A stretch of 64,000 nucleotides of DNA from Armatimonadota bacterium (GTDB lineage Bacteria; Armatimonadota; SYMT01), in contig JAWLHY010000001.1 of NCBI GenBank assembly GCA_041690135.1, positions 96,001 through 160,000 on the forward strand. Reading direction: 5' to 3'. Positions 9,278 to 19,718 of this stretch are shown here, in pieces. The stretch's first letter is position 1. The number at the start of each line of letters is the position of its first letter. The position numbers and the translations under genes were made by a program. The notes under the pieces were generated by a model, which saw only the letters and a program-made list of their open reading frames with translations, was not told where the DNA came from and ran no database searches.

Positions 9278-11035
9278 ATGTCGTCCTGGAAGTTTTGTGC
9301 TCTGCTCCTGGCCGGCGGTGTGCTGGCCCTGACGGCTGGTCCTTCGGAGGGGCAGAATGCCGCCTCGGCACTGCCGAAGGTGGTGCTCGTGGGCGATTCG
9401 ATCCGGCTGGGCTACGCACCCGTGGTGGCGGAGCGTCTCAAGGGCAAGGTGACGATCGTCAGTCCCGAGCCGAATGGGGGAGACAGCGCCAACGTCCTCA
9501 AGAATCTGGAAGCCTGGGTGATCCGAGAGAAGCCCCAGTTGGTCCATCTGAACTGTGGATTGCACGACCTGAAGCTGCTACAGGCCACGAAGAAGCACCA
9601 GGTGGAGCCGGACAGTTACCGGGCCAACCTGCGCGAGATCGTGGGCCGCATTCGCGGCGCGGGGATCCCGGGGCTGGTCTTTGCCAATACCACGCCGATC
9701 CTGGACGACCGGCACGCAAAGCGGGGAGCGAACTTCGACCGCTTCGAAGCGGATGTCGTCCAGTACAACCGGACCGCGCAGGAAGTGATGGACGAGCTGG
9801 GAGTGCCGGTCCATGACCTGCACGGCCTGGTGCATCATGCGGGCGCCGGGAAGCTCCTGCTGAAGGACGGCACCCATTACACCCCCGAGGGGAGCCGGCT
9901 GCTGGGTGAGGCGGTGGCGGACTGCATCCTCCGTCAACTGGCGATCAACAAGCCGAGAGCTCTCTCCACACCCCGGTCGGGCGCGGAGGCCGCGGCCGCG
10001 TACCGGGAGCAGGAAGCCAGGCGTGATGCGGTGGTCCCGGAGGCGTACCGGAACGTGAAGGTGGGCCAGTTCGTGCCACCGGCGAGCAACAAAGAGTGGA
10101 AGAGCCGCCGGGCGGACGTGTATCGCAAGGTCGTCGACTCCCTGGGCGATCTGCCGCCGCGCCCTTCACCGCAGAAGATCCGCCTGGTCTCCCGGGAGAT
10201 CCGCCAGGGATATACGGTCGATCGGGTGGCCATCGATAATGGCGTGGACAACGAGGTGTCGGCGCTCCTCCTGGTTCCGCAGGGATTGAAGAAGCCGGCT
10301 CCGGCCGTGATGTGGCTTCACTCCAGCACCCCGGATAAGAACCAGATCCTGCAGCCTAACACCTTCTGGGGCGAGGAGCCGCTGGGGGAGACCCTGGTGA
10401 AGGCGGGGTACGTGGTCCTCTCGCCCGACGCCTACTGGCACGGAAACCGCGCGGGGACGGGTCCCTCCGGTTCCCTGGAAACCCTGCGGGAAGAGCAGGA
10501 GAGCCTGTTCAAGTTCCACCTCTGGATGGGGCGGACGCTGTGGGGGATGTTCGTCCGCGACGACCAGATCGCGCTCGACTACCTGTGCAGCCGCCCGGAG
10601 GTGGATAAGACCCGAATCGGTGTGACCGGGATGAGCATGGGCAGCACCCGGGCGTGGTGGCTGGCGGCGGTGGACGAACGGGTGAAAGTCCCGGTCGCCA
10701 TTGCGTGCATGACGCGCTACCAGAACCTGATCCGGCACGGTCAGCTCCGGGCGCACGGGATCTACTACTTCACCAACGGCCTGCTCAAGCACTTCGACAC
10801 GGAAGGGGTGCTCTCCCTGATCGCCCCACGGCCCTTCCTGATCCTCACGGGAGAACTGGACCACGGATCCCCCGCCGACGGGATCCGCGATCTGGAGAAG
10901 CCGGTCAGCCGGACTTACACCGCGTTAGGCGCGGCGGATCGCTTCCGGAACGTGCTCTACCCGGAAGTGGGCCACACCGTGACCCCCGCGATGCGCGCCG
11001 AGATGCTGGCGTGGTTCGAAAAGTGGTTGAAGTAG
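9278..11035 (+). CDS. SGNH/GDSL hydrolase fused to dienelactone-hydrolase-like alpha/beta hydrolase
   Basis: GDSI, NCGLHD, DGTH (SGNH); GMSMGS nucleophile and GH in the C-terminal domain; signal peptide. Confidence 0.85.
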   Translation: MSSWKFCALLLAGGVLALTAGPSEGQNAASALPKVVLVGDSIRLGYAPVVAERLKGKVTIVSPEPNGGDSANVLKNLEAWVIREKPQLVHLNCGLHDLKLLQATKKHQVEPDSYRANLREIVGRIRGAGIPGLVFANTTPILDDRHAKRGANFDRFEADVVQYNRTAQEVMDELGVPVHDLHGLVHHAGAGKLLLKDGTHYTPEGSRLLGEAVADCILRQLAINKPRALSTPRSGAEAAAAYREQEARRDAVVPEAYRNVKVGQFVPPASNKEWKSRRADVYRKVVDSLGDLPPRPSPQKIRLVSREIRQGYTVDRVAIDNGVDNEVSALLLVPQGLKKPAPAVMWLHSSTPDKNQILQPNTFWGEEPLGETLVKAGYVVLSPDAYWHGNRAGTGPSGSLETLREEQESLFKFHLWMGRTLWGMFVRDDQIALDYLCSRPEVDKTRIGVTGMSMGSTRAWWLAAVDERVKVPVAIACMTRYQNLIRHGQLRAHGIYYFTNGLLKHFDTEGVLSLIAPRPFLILTGELDHGSPADGIRDLEKPVSRTYTALGAADRFRNVLYPEVGHTVTPAMRAEMLAWFEKWLK

Positions 11036-11091
11036 GGGGTTGGGGGCCAGGGTTCGGGGGCCAAAGTTGCCCCTTGGGAGGCGCGGCTGCG

Positions 11092-11808
11092 ATGACACGC
11101 ACGATCAGGTTGGGAGTGGTGCTGGCGGCGCTTTGCTCCGTGCCGCTGGCGGCGCAAGGGCCGGTGAAGATCCGGCCGGTCAAGCCGCTCCAATCGGCCC
11201 GCGCCGATCTGAACGGGGATGGAAAACCGGAAGATATCCGGCTGTACCGGAAGAAGGAGCCCTCGGAGTTCGACCTAGTGATCAACGGTAAGGTCCGGGT
11301 CGGCGATCGTCTCGATGGGGAGATCGACCGGTTCGAGATCGTGGACATCGACCGGAGTGACCGGTTCCGCGAGGTGGCGGTCCATACGGAAGGTCCCAGC
11401 GATGACGACCAGTATCTCCATTTCTGGTATGATGGCGTGCGCTTGCAGAAGAGTGGTTTGCTGCAACGCTGGCCGAAATACCTGGGGAACGGCATCGTGC
11501 TGGTCGAGCAGTGGGAAGGGTTCTGGGGCAGCCAGAACAAGTACGTGCTGGGCAAGAATCACACTCTGGCGGAGGTACCGCAGGAACTCTACGCAGTCGA
11601 TTGTACCGCCACGGTTCGTCGTCCTCTCGGTCTCTTGCAGCGCCGGAATGGGACTCCACTCGCAAACCTGCGGGTGGGTAGCCAGATCACCGTGTTGCTG
11701 GGAGATAAGAAAGGCTGGTACCTGGTGCAGTCGGAGAACGACCTGGTGGGGTGGGTCAAAGAAGAGAATCTGCTGGCTACTGTAGAGGGTCTTCCGATTG
11801 CGGACTAG
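11092..11808 (+). CDS. Secreted hypothetical protein with DLNGDG motif and SH3-like C-terminus
   Basis: RBS GGAGG, signal peptide, ADLNGDGKPE, GWYLV..GWV. Confidence 0.7.
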   Translation: MTRTIRLGVVLAALCSVPLAAQGPVKIRPVKPLQSARADLNGDGKPEDIRLYRKKEPSEFDLVINGKVRVGDRLDGEIDRFEIVDIDRSDRFREVAVHTEGPSDDDQYLHFWYDGVRLQKSGLLQRWPKYLGNGIVLVEQWEGFWGSQNKYVLGKNHTLAEVPQELYAVDCTATVRRPLGLLQRRNGTPLANLRVGSQITVLLGDKKGWYLVQSENDLVGWVKEENLLATVEGLPIAD

Positions 11809-11817
11809 GGTAGTCTG

Positions 11818-12567
11818 GTGACCACACACGTATTCTCGTGGATAGCGGGTTTCGGGTGGACGGTCATGCCGGCCCGCGGGCCCTATATGATCGAGCGGGT
11901 TCCCGGCCAGGCGCGGACGCTGCGAGTACTGTGCGGCGAGGACGATCCACCGAAGGAGGCGGTCGTCACAATCACGGAGGACGGCGAGAGCTGGAACGCC
12001 ACCCCCGTGCCGATCACCGGCGTGGTGGCCGACGTATTCGACGTGCTGGAAGGGGCCGCGGAGCCTGGCTCGACGCATGGGGCCCGTTATGACGATTGGC
12101 GGGTCGAGACCTCGGTCTTCTCGATCTGCTGGCCGGAAGATTTTGCCCTCCAGTCCCTCCCGGGTACCACGCCGCCTGTCTTCGAACTGGTCGGTCCGGA
12201 GGAGTCCCGCATCACCATCCAGGGCCCGCTTCCCGGCAGCCGGCTCCCGCGCCTGCAGGAAATGGTGGCGCCGGGGCAGACCTTGCTGCGCGTAACGCGG
12301 GTGGAAGCCGGCCCCATGGTCGAGGCCGCCTACTCCCACGAGGGGGAGGCGTGGCGGCAACTCCACTGCGTGGTCCGCTGGCCAGGCAAGGTGGAAGCTC
12401 CCCGGCGCCCCCTGGGGGCCACCGTTCGGCAATGGATCACCGGTCGCCGCGCGACTGAGGAGTCCGTGTACGTGGCAGTGGTGACCGCCCAGACCCCCCT
12501 GACCCAGGTGGACCCGGTCCGTGCGGCCGTGGAGGCCATCGCGGCCTCCATCACCCCCCAGGCATAG
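11818..12567 (+). CDS. Hypothetical protein
   Basis: 249-aa ORF in operon context with genome-like codon usage. Confidence 0.6.
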   Translation: MTTHVFSWIAGFGWTVMPARGPYMIERVPGQARTLRVLCGEDDPPKEAVVTITEDGESWNATPVPITGVVADVFDVLEGAAEPGSTHGARYDDWRVETSVFSICWPEDFALQSLPGTTPPVFELVGPEESRITIQGPLPGSRLPRLQEMVAPGQTLLRVTRVEAGPMVEAAYSHEGEAWRQLHCVVRWPGKVEAPRRPLGATVRQWITGRRATEESVYVAVVTAQTPLTQVDPVRAAVEAIAASITPQA

Positions 12568-12693
12568 CGGCCCGGACCCGGACCGATTCACCACGGAGCC
12601 ACAGAGACACGGAGAAGATCACGGAGAGGGAAAGAGGGGAAAGGGAGTGAGCCCGCCATGCCTATCCGCAATGTAGGAGCACAGGCGGTGCGT

Positions 12694-13010
12694 CAACCTT
12701 TAGCCACAGAGGGGCCGGATCGCGTCCCGCTAAACCGTACCCTCCCTGAATGTCCGGGTTCCCAACCTTTAGCCCCCGAGGGGGTTCCAACCCCTGGCCC
12801 CCGAGGGGGGCTTCCAACTTTTAGCCCCCGAGGGCGGCCGCAACTCCGATCCCGGTAGTGCCAAACTCTAGCCCCCGCGGGGGGCCGCACTCGCGCTGAA
12901 CCCCAGGGTTCGTAACCTTCAACCCCTGGCCCCCGAGGGGGGCTTCAACCTTCCAACTTGCCAACCCTGATCCCGTCCCGCCAAACTTTAGCCCCCGCGG
13001 GGGGCCGTAC
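12694..13010. repeat. REP-like cluster, ~7-8 degenerate copies of CCAACYYTWGCCCCCGMGGGGG
   Basis: Repeated unit with GCCCCCG(A/C)GGGGG(G)C mini-palindrome between convergent genes; related motif near 3397-3480. Confidence 0.7.
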
Positions 13011-13015
13011 CCCGA

Positions 13016-14710
13016 TTACGGTGCAAATGGGAAGAATGTGGCTCCGATCAGGGTGACGAGGAGGCCTACCACGCCCATGGAGGCGGTGAGGGGGGTGATG
13101 TAGCGGAGACCTTCCACTTCGGTCATGCCGCTCATCTTGGTGATCACCCAGAAGCCGCTGTCGTTCATCCAGGCGATCGGCTTGGAGCCGCAGCCGATGG
13201 CGAGGGCGAGGTAGACGGGGTGGAAGCCGAGCCCCTGGCCTGCGAGACCGGAGAGCACGCCGACGGCCGTGATCATGGCGACCGTCGCGGAGCCCTGGGC
13301 TGTGCGGATGGCGGTGGTGATCAGGAACGCGAGGGTGATCAGGATGGCCGGCGAGCTGCGGGGCAGCTCGTTGATGAGACTGGCGACCCCGGTCTGCTGC
13401 AGCACGGCGCCGAACGCGCCACCCGCGGCCGTAATCAGGATGATTTCCCCGCCGCTCATAAGCGAGGAGCGTACGGAAGCGCTGAGTTCCTCTCGGGAGG
13501 TGCGGCGCTTCCACACGAGGGTGGCCATGGCAATCAGCGCGGCGATGATCAATGCGATGTTCTTATCGCTGAGGGCGTCGGTCCAGGGACGCTGCGCGGG
13601 AGAGGCCTCCCAGCCGGTCGCTTCCATGATCGTGAACCCGCCCAGGAGAACGACGGGAAGCAGGATCGGCACCAGGGAGAGCCAGGTGGGGGGAAGCTCC
13701 GCGTCCGTCCGCTGGGAGATCTTCTCCAACTCCGCCAGCGAGAGGTCCGCCGAGTCCCGCAGCGGCAGGTTGTGGCGGCGGTTGAGGAACTGGGCGAAGA
13801 AGTACCCGAAGGTACTGGTGAAGAGGCCGACGATGGTGCCGCCCAGGATCATGGTCCCGATGTCGACGTTGAGCTGCTCGGCTACCAGCAGGGGTCCTGG
13901 GGTGGGCGGGACCAGCGAGTGGGCCATGGTGCCGCCGGCGACGATGGTGAGCACGAACAGCAGGTAGTTCTTGCCCGAGCGCATCCCCATCGCCTTGCCC
14001 AGGGGGATCATCAGGTAAAAGACGGTGTCGAAGAACACGGGGACGGCCAGCAGAAATCCGCTGAGGAGGAATGCCACGGGGGCGCCCCGCTCGCCGGTGA
14101 CGCGCAGGGCCGAGCGGACCACGCGGTCCGCGGCGCCGCTATCCAGCAGGCACTTGCCGATGATGGAGGCCATGGCGATCAGGATGCCGATGCTGGCGCA
14201 GGTGCTGCCGAACCCGGCGGCGATCCGTTCTCCCACGTTCTGGCCCGCCAGCCGGCGCGCGGACCGGAGCGCCATCGGATGGATCACGAAATCCCCGCTG
14301 AGCGGGACGACGCCCCCTGCGCCACGAAGCGTGGCCACGGCGCGCTGCGTCGTCTTGCCGGCGCTGTCGGTCGCTTCCTCGAACCGCTCGATCTGGAGGT
14401 CCGCCACCGGCTGGAACCGCCCCGAGGCGGGATCGGTGCGCACGACCTGGTAGAGCATTCCGGGCCGCGCACCCTGTTTCTCCGTAAGTCGCAGGGTCAC
14501 TTCGCGAGAGGCGGCATCCGAGGAATACACCCGCACGGCGTCTTTGCGCACTGCGGCCCGCTCGATGGCGGCACTGGGAGTGAGAGCCCCCACGACCAGA
14601 GCGCCGAGGAGCAGGGCGAGGAAGGCGTGCAGCCGCAGGGCGAGCACCCCTCCCACGACCACCGTCACGCCAATCAGAAGAATGCCAAGAATGCCTACGG
14701 TCGAATCCAT
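13016..14710 (-). CDS. GntP-family gluconate:H+ symporter
   Basis: HAFLALL, PVFFD, HSLVPPTPGP, RTAQGSATVA, WMNDSGFW. Confidence 0.9.
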   Translation of the reverse strand: MDSTVGILGILLIGVTVVVGGVLALRLHAFLALLLGALVVGALTPSAAIERAAVRKDAVRVYSSDAASREVTLRLTEKQGARPGMLYQVVRTDPASGRFQPVADLQIERFEEATDSAGKTTQRAVATLRGAGGVVPLSGDFVIHPMALRSARRLAGQNVGERIAAGFGSTCASIGILIAMASIIGKCLLDSGAADRVVRSALRVTGERGAPVAFLLSGFLLAVPVFFDTVFYLMIPLGKAMGMRSGKNYLLFVLTIVAGGTMAHSLVPPTPGPLLVAEQLNVDIGTMILGGTIVGLFTSTFGYFFAQFLNRRHNLPLRDSADLSLAELEKISQRTDAELPPTWLSLVPILLPVVLLGGFTIMEATGWEASPAQRPWTDALSDKNIALIIAALIAMATLVWKRRTSREELSASVRSSLMSGGEIILITAAGGAFGAVLQQTGVASLINELPRSSPAILITLAFLITTAIRTAQGSATVAMITAVGVLSGLAGQGLGFHPVYLALAIGCGSKPIAWMNDSGFWVITKMSGMTEVEGLRYITPLTASMGVVGLLVTLIGATFFPFAP

Positions 14711-15211
14711 GCCGCTCCCTTTTGTTTCCGGTTGCGCGGGGCCGGGTACGGATGCACCCGAATCCACCCTCTGTGCCTGAATCCGTTCGGCGCACGCACG
14801 TCGGATTCATTCCGGGGGACATTCAGGGCCTCTGTTGGCCGTGTTGAAAGAGGAACGCAATCCACGGATCCCTACGGGGCGGGAAAGGGGAGCCACAGAT
14901 TGCACAGATTGGAAGGGATGAAGAGAAAGAGCGAGGCAGCAGGGATGCGGCGTCAGGCCGGCAGAGCCGTAACGGATGAGGGCGTCATCACGGAGCACAC
15001 GGGGCATGGGTGTCTCTCTGCCGGCTGAACGCTGGGAAAGGATGGGGAAGACGGGTTTCCGGTTCACGATACCCGGACGAATGCCCTCCGGGACGGTTTA
15101 GCGGTGGGAGGTCGCCACACGAAAGGGAATAGCGCAAGGGCCCTTGCCGGGCCCGCAAGACCGAGATGGGCCACCCAGGTGGACCTGGAGTGGGGTCAGA
15201 AGAAGGTGGAG

Positions 15212-15979
15212 ATGAGTGAGCGCGAGCCGACGCCGTTTGACGATGCGGAGCTTTACGACCGGCTCTTCGGCGATTTCGATTACGGGATCGACTACTACGT
15301 CGAGCAGGCGCGGGCGGTGGATGGACCGGTCCTCGACCTCTGCTGCGGCACGGGGCGGGTGCTGCTGCCGCTGCTGCGGGCGGGGGTGGACGCCGACGGG
15401 GTGGACGGCTTCCCCGCCATGCTGGAGGTGGCTCGGCGGAAGGCGGCGGCGGAAGGATTCACGCCGAGCCTGGAGCTTTCCGACATGCGGGGGTTCCGGC
15501 TCCCGCGCCGGTACGCGCTAATCGTGATCCCGTTCAACTCGATCGTCCACAACCTCACGGCCGAGGACCAACTCGCCACCCTGCGCACCTGCCGGGAACA
15601 CCTTCTGCCGGGCGGACGGCTGGTGTTCGACACCTTCTTCCCCGGCGCCGAGTGGTTTGCGCAGCCGCAGGGGGAGCCGCAGTTCGAGCACGAGATTCCG
15701 CACCCCGAAACGGGCCTGCCGGTGCAGGTCTACGATACCCGGACCCTCGACCCCGTCGCGCAGACCCAGCGCTCCGAGGTAGAGGTGCGGGAGTTGGGTC
15801 CGGAGGGCGAGGTGGTGCGGTCGCACCGGTCGTGGACGACGATCCGCTGGATCTTCAAGGCGGAGCTGGAGCTGCTGTTGCGGCTGGCCGGATACTCCCG
15901 CTGGGAGATCGTCCGCGGCTTCGACGGCGCACCGCTTACCGGGGCCACGGAGCCGATGCTGGTGACGGCCTGGGCATAA
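15212..15979 (+). CDS. Class I SAM-dependent methyltransferase
   Basis: VLDLCCGTGR motif I; HLLPGGRLVFD. Confidence 0.9.
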   Translation: MSEREPTPFDDAELYDRLFGDFDYGIDYYVEQARAVDGPVLDLCCGTGRVLLPLLRAGVDADGVDGFPAMLEVARRKAAAEGFTPSLELSDMRGFRLPRRYALIVIPFNSIVHNLTAEDQLATLRTCREHLLPGGRLVFDTFFPGAEWFAQPQGEPQFEHEIPHPETGLPVQVYDTRTLDPVAQTQRSEVEVRELGPEGEVVRSHRSWTTIRWIFKAELELLLRLAGYSRWEIVRGFDGAPLTGATEPMLVTAWA

Positions 15980-16167
15980 GGTACCGGATTCGCGACGGGA
16001 TGAAATCCGCGCCGCTCCCAAGCCCTCCGGGGTGCCTGCCTTCGCAGGCACCGAAGTCCTTGTTTCCGCTACGTTATTGCGGATAACCCGGATTGGGTAG
16101 TCTCGCCTTCGATTGGACCGAGAGCCGGATCTTGAGCGTATACCTGCGTTTCAGTGTGAACCGCGGG

Positions 16168-16409
16168 TTATTCGCCGAAGTTCGGCAGGTCGGTCCAGGA
16201 CTCGACCTGGGTGACGTGCCGCAGCCACTCTTCGAGCTGCTCCAGGCGGGCCTCGTTCTCGATCCGCCGGACCACGGCGGCGTCCGGCTCCCCAAACCGG
16301 GGCGTACCGACGAGCAGCAGCGCCCGTACCGCTTCCTTCAGTTGGCCTTCCACACGGCCTTCCATGCGGCCTTCTTCGAGGATAGCTTGATAGGTATCCG
16401 ACTCACGCA
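16168..16409 (-). CDS. Stand-alone Rpn C-terminal domain (DUF4351/RpnS-like)
   Basis: MRESDTYQAILEEG..EG..EG, RFG, LEQLEEW pattern. Confidence 0.65.
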
Positions 16410-16503
16410 TAGCGGCAATACTCCATTCGCTGCAGGACCTCCGGCGATTCTGGGGACCGGGAATGCAGGGTTCGGCCTCCCCGCTCAATCATCGTGAGGA
16501 ACC

Positions 16504-16741
16504 AAATGTAGGGGCATCCGCTGTGGTTGCCCGGTGATGGGATTTGATGACCCCGTGCAAACACGTACCCGTGTTGAACGTGGGTCGGCGTGATGCGGCC
16601 GTCGTGCACAATAGTCACCAGGCGGATGCACATGACGACCGCGGTTCAATTCAACACGGTGGTCGCGCGGGCCAACGTCCCATTTTGCACGCGCTGATCA
16701 GCAACAGACCGAGGGCAACCAGGGCCGATGCCCCTACATTT
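16504..16741. repeat. GTAG-type REP doublet (REPIN-like): 29-bp imperfect inverted repeats
   Basis: AAATGTAGGGGCATCCGCTGTGGTTGCCC (16504-16532) versus GGGCAACCAGGGCCGATGCCCCTACATTT (16713-16741). Confidence 0.7.
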
Positions 16742-16771
16742 CCGATTGGCGGTGCGGCGGTAGTCAACCGA

Positions 16772-17230
16772 TCAGTCGGTGGTATCGGGGTTGGCGGCCT
16801 CCCAGAGCTGGCGGTCGCGACTCTTCTTCCCGCGGCCGGAGTGGGGTGGGGGGAGCTTGCCGCGCCACTCGGCCAGCTCCTCTTCCGTGAACTCGGGCGC
16901 GGGGGCGGGCGCCTTTTTGCGGCTGGAGCGGCTGCCACCGTTGGACTCCGGCGCGGGGGCTTCCTTCGCTTTCGCGGTGGAAGCCCGGGGCTCGGAGGCC
17001 GCGGTGGGCTTGCGACTCTTCTTGCGGCCGGCCTGGTCCGCATAGTGCTCCATGAGCTGCGTGTAGAGGTCTTCCTGCTCCGTAAGGTGCCGTTCGACCA
17101 TCCGGTGGAGCGCGTCGAACGTGACGCTCACGGTGATGGGGACCTCGATCTCGCGGTCGCCGATCGCCAGCCGGATCGGGAGCTCGAACTCACGGGTTTC
17201 GGCGGCAGGTGGATTGTCGTTGGTGGACAT
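16772..17230 (-). CDS. Small hypothetical protein with basic linker and C-terminus
   Basis: RBS GGAGGT overlapping the purA stop; 152-aa ORF. Confidence 0.7.
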   Translation of the reverse strand: MSTNDNPPAAETREFELPIRLAIGDREIEVPITVSVTFDALHRMVERHLTEQEDLYTQLMEHYADQAGRKKSRKPTAASEPRASTAKAKEAPAPESNGGSRSSRKKAPAPAPEFTEEELAEWRGKLPPPHSGRGKKSRDRQLWEAANPDTTD

Positions 17231-17237
17231 GGTGGGG

Positions 17238-18515
17238 TCACCTCCGGATGATGGCGTCGCGGCGGGGGCCGACGGAGAGCCAGCGGATGGGGACCTGGAT
17301 CAGGCTCTCGATTCGCTCCACGTAGTCGCGGGCCGCGGCGGGAAGCTCCGCGTACTCCCGGATGCCGGAAATGTCGGTCTTCCAGCCGGGCAGGGTCTCG
17401 TAGACGGGCCGGGCCTTCTCCAGGCGGGCGTTGACCGGGAACTCCGTGGTCCTTTCGCCGTCCACCTCATAGGCGGTGCAGACGGGGATCTCGTCCCGGT
17501 AGCCGAGGACGTCGAGGAGGGTCAGCGCGACCTCCGTGGCGCCCTGGACGCGGCAGCCGTAGCGGGTGGCGACGGCGTCGAACCAGCCCATGCGGCGGGG
17601 GCGGCCGGTGGTGGCGCCGAACTCACCGGCGTCACCGCCCCGGGTGCGCAGCTCGTCACCTTCGGGCCCCTCGATCTCCGTAACGAACGGTCCGGCGCCC
17701 ACGCAGCTCGAGTAGGCCTTGGCGACGGCGATCACGCTGTCGATGGCGCCCACCGGCACGCCGGCGCCGACGGGAGCGTAACCGGCCAGGGTGGAAGAGG
17801 AAGTAGAAAAGGGATAGATGCCGTGGTCCGGATCCCGCAGGGCGCCGAGCTGTCCTTCCAGCAGGACCCGCTTCCCGGCGGCGAGCGCTTCGTGCAGGAG
17901 AAGGGTGGTGTCGCACACGAAGGGCCGGAGCTGGTCGGCCAGGGGGCTCAGCTCGTCGGCCAGGGCGCCGGCGTCAATCGGCTCGTGCCCGTACAACTCA
18001 CGGAAGAGGACGTTCTTCGGCTCCAGCGCCGTGGCAAGGCGGTCGCGCAGGCGCTCGGGGATCAGGAAGTCCGCGATCTGCACGCCCACCTTCAGGTATT
18101 TGTCCGCGTAAAACGGTGCAATCCCGGAGCGGGTGGAGCCGAACTTGCGGCTACCGAGGCGGTCTTCCTCCAGCCGGTCCAGCAGCACGTGGTACGGCAT
18201 CACCACCTGGGCGCGCTCGGAGACGCACAGCTTCGGCGCCGGCACCCCGCGCGAGGTGAGGCTTTCCACCTCCCGGACCAGCGCCGCTACGTCCACCGCC
18301 ACGCCGGGTCCGAGCACGTTGGTGACGTGCGGGTAGAAAACCCCGGAAGGCAGCAGGTGCAGGGCGAACTTGCCGTAGTGGTTGATGACTGTATGGCCCG
18401 CGTTGCTGCCCCCCTGGTAGCGGACGACGTAGTCCGCCTCGGCAGCAAAGCAGTCGGTCATCTTCCCTTTACCTTCGTCGCCCCAGTTGGCTCCTACGAT
18501 CGCGGTGGCGCTCAT
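17238..18515 (-). CDS. purA: Adenylosuccinate synthetase
   Basis: WGDEGKGK, GGSNAGHT, GATTGRPRRMGWFD. Confidence 0.97.
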   Translation of the reverse strand: MSATAIVGANWGDEGKGKMTDCFAAEADYVVRYQGGSNAGHTVINHYGKFALHLLPSGVFYPHVTNVLGPGVAVDVAALVREVESLTSRGVPAPKLCVSERAQVVMPYHVLLDRLEEDRLGSRKFGSTRSGIAPFYADKYLKVGVQIADFLIPERLRDRLATALEPKNVLFRELYGHEPIDAGALADELSPLADQLRPFVCDTTLLLHEALAAGKRVLLEGQLGALRDPDHGIYPFSTSSSTLAGYAPVGAGVPVGAIDSVIAVAKAYSSCVGAGPFVTEIEGPEGDELRTRGGDAGEFGATTGRPRRMGWFDAVATRYGCRVQGATEVALTLLDVLGYRDEIPVCTAYEVDGERTTEFPVNARLEKARPVYETLPGWKTDISGIREYAELPAAARDYVERIESLIQVPIRWLSVGPRRDAIIRR

Positions 18516-18663
18516 CCGTAACTCTCCCCATAAGAAACACTACGCTATTCAACTTCGGCAGGCAGCATCGCCTTCTCTCGCCGTGCCCACACATCTTTAA
18601 CCCACCCGACGATATAAATCCAGTGAATAATCGGAATGCAATCGATGCGCGTGAGGTATACCG

Positions 18664-19548
18664 GTGGAATTGTTTCAACTGCGGAGCCTGGTCCGGGTAG
18701 CGGAGGAGGGAAGCGTCACCCGCGCGGCGGAGTCGCTCTGCCTCACACAGCCGGCCGTCTCCCGTCACATCCAGGCGTTGGAGCAGGAGTTGGGCGTGAG
18801 CCTGTTCGAGCGGACGGAGCGGGGGATGCGGCTCACCCCGGCCGGCACGGCGCTGCGGGACCACGCCCGCCGGAGCCTGGCGATCCTGGAAGAGGGCCGG
18901 CGCCTCATCGCGGAGCTGGAGGACGGCGCCGCGGGTCGGCTGACCCTGGGGGCGGGAGTCACCACCAGCATCTTCCGCCTGCCGGCGCTGCTGCGCATCT
19001 TTCGGGAGGCCTACCCGCGCGTGGACGTGGTGGTGCGAACCGGTCGCAGCCGGGAGATCGCGCAGTTCGTGATGGACCGGGAGGTGGAAGTCGGCCTGGT
19101 CACCTCGCCGCAGCAATCCCCCGAGCTGGAGACGGTGGGGCTGTTCGACGAGGAGATCTTGCTGGTCACTCCGCCGGGGCTAGGACCCGCGGAGCCGGGA
19201 GAGCTCACGCCCGCGCAGTTCCAGTCGCTGCCCCTGATCCTCTTTTCCCGCAACACCGGGTTCCGGGGTTACCTGGACCGCGTCTTCAGCGAGAGCCAGC
19301 TCGCGCCCTCGGTGAAGATGGAGAGCGACAGCGTGGAGGCGATCAAGAGCTTCGTCACGGTAGGGCTGGGAGCTTCGTTCCTGCCGGAGTCCAGCGTGCG
19401 CGCGGAGATTGCCGCGGGCGCCCTTCACAGCCGGTGCGTGGAGCGGCTGCCCCGGCTCGCGCGGCGGACCTCCGCGATTTACCGGCGCGACCGGCAACTG
19501 CCGTTCGCGGCGCGCGAGTTCCTCCAGGTGCTCCAGCCCGGCGCTTAA
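18664..19548 (+). CDS. LysR-family transcriptional regulator, divergent from purA
   Basis: N-terminal HTH GSVTRAAESLCLTQPAVSRHIQALE; substrate-binding domain. Confidence 0.95.
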   Translation: MELFQLRSLVRVAEEGSVTRAAESLCLTQPAVSRHIQALEQELGVSLFERTERGMRLTPAGTALRDHARRSLAILEEGRRLIAELEDGAAGRLTLGAGVTTSIFRLPALLRIFREAYPRVDVVVRTGRSREIAQFVMDREVEVGLVTSPQQSPELETVGLFDEEILLVTPPGLGPAEPGELTPAQFQSLPLILFSRNTGFRGYLDRVFSESQLAPSVKMESDSVEAIKSFVTVGLGASFLPESSVRAEIAAGALHSRCVERLPRLARRTSAIYRRDRQLPFAAREFLQVLQPGA

Positions 19549-19718
19549 CCCAGCGTTAATCTCGCGGAAATGCCTTCACAACCTGGGGATGCGATTTTAT
19601 ACCTCATGGTGTGAAGAGCGGGAGTGGAGCCGGTTCGGGAGTAGCACCGGCAGTGGATCGCGGCGGATCGCCTTGCCCACGGCCCCGCTCGAGAGAAGAA
19701 TTCAGGAAAGGAACACCC

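Noticed and set aside
12694-13010. CRISPR array
   Set aside because: Irregular spacing and non-unique spacers
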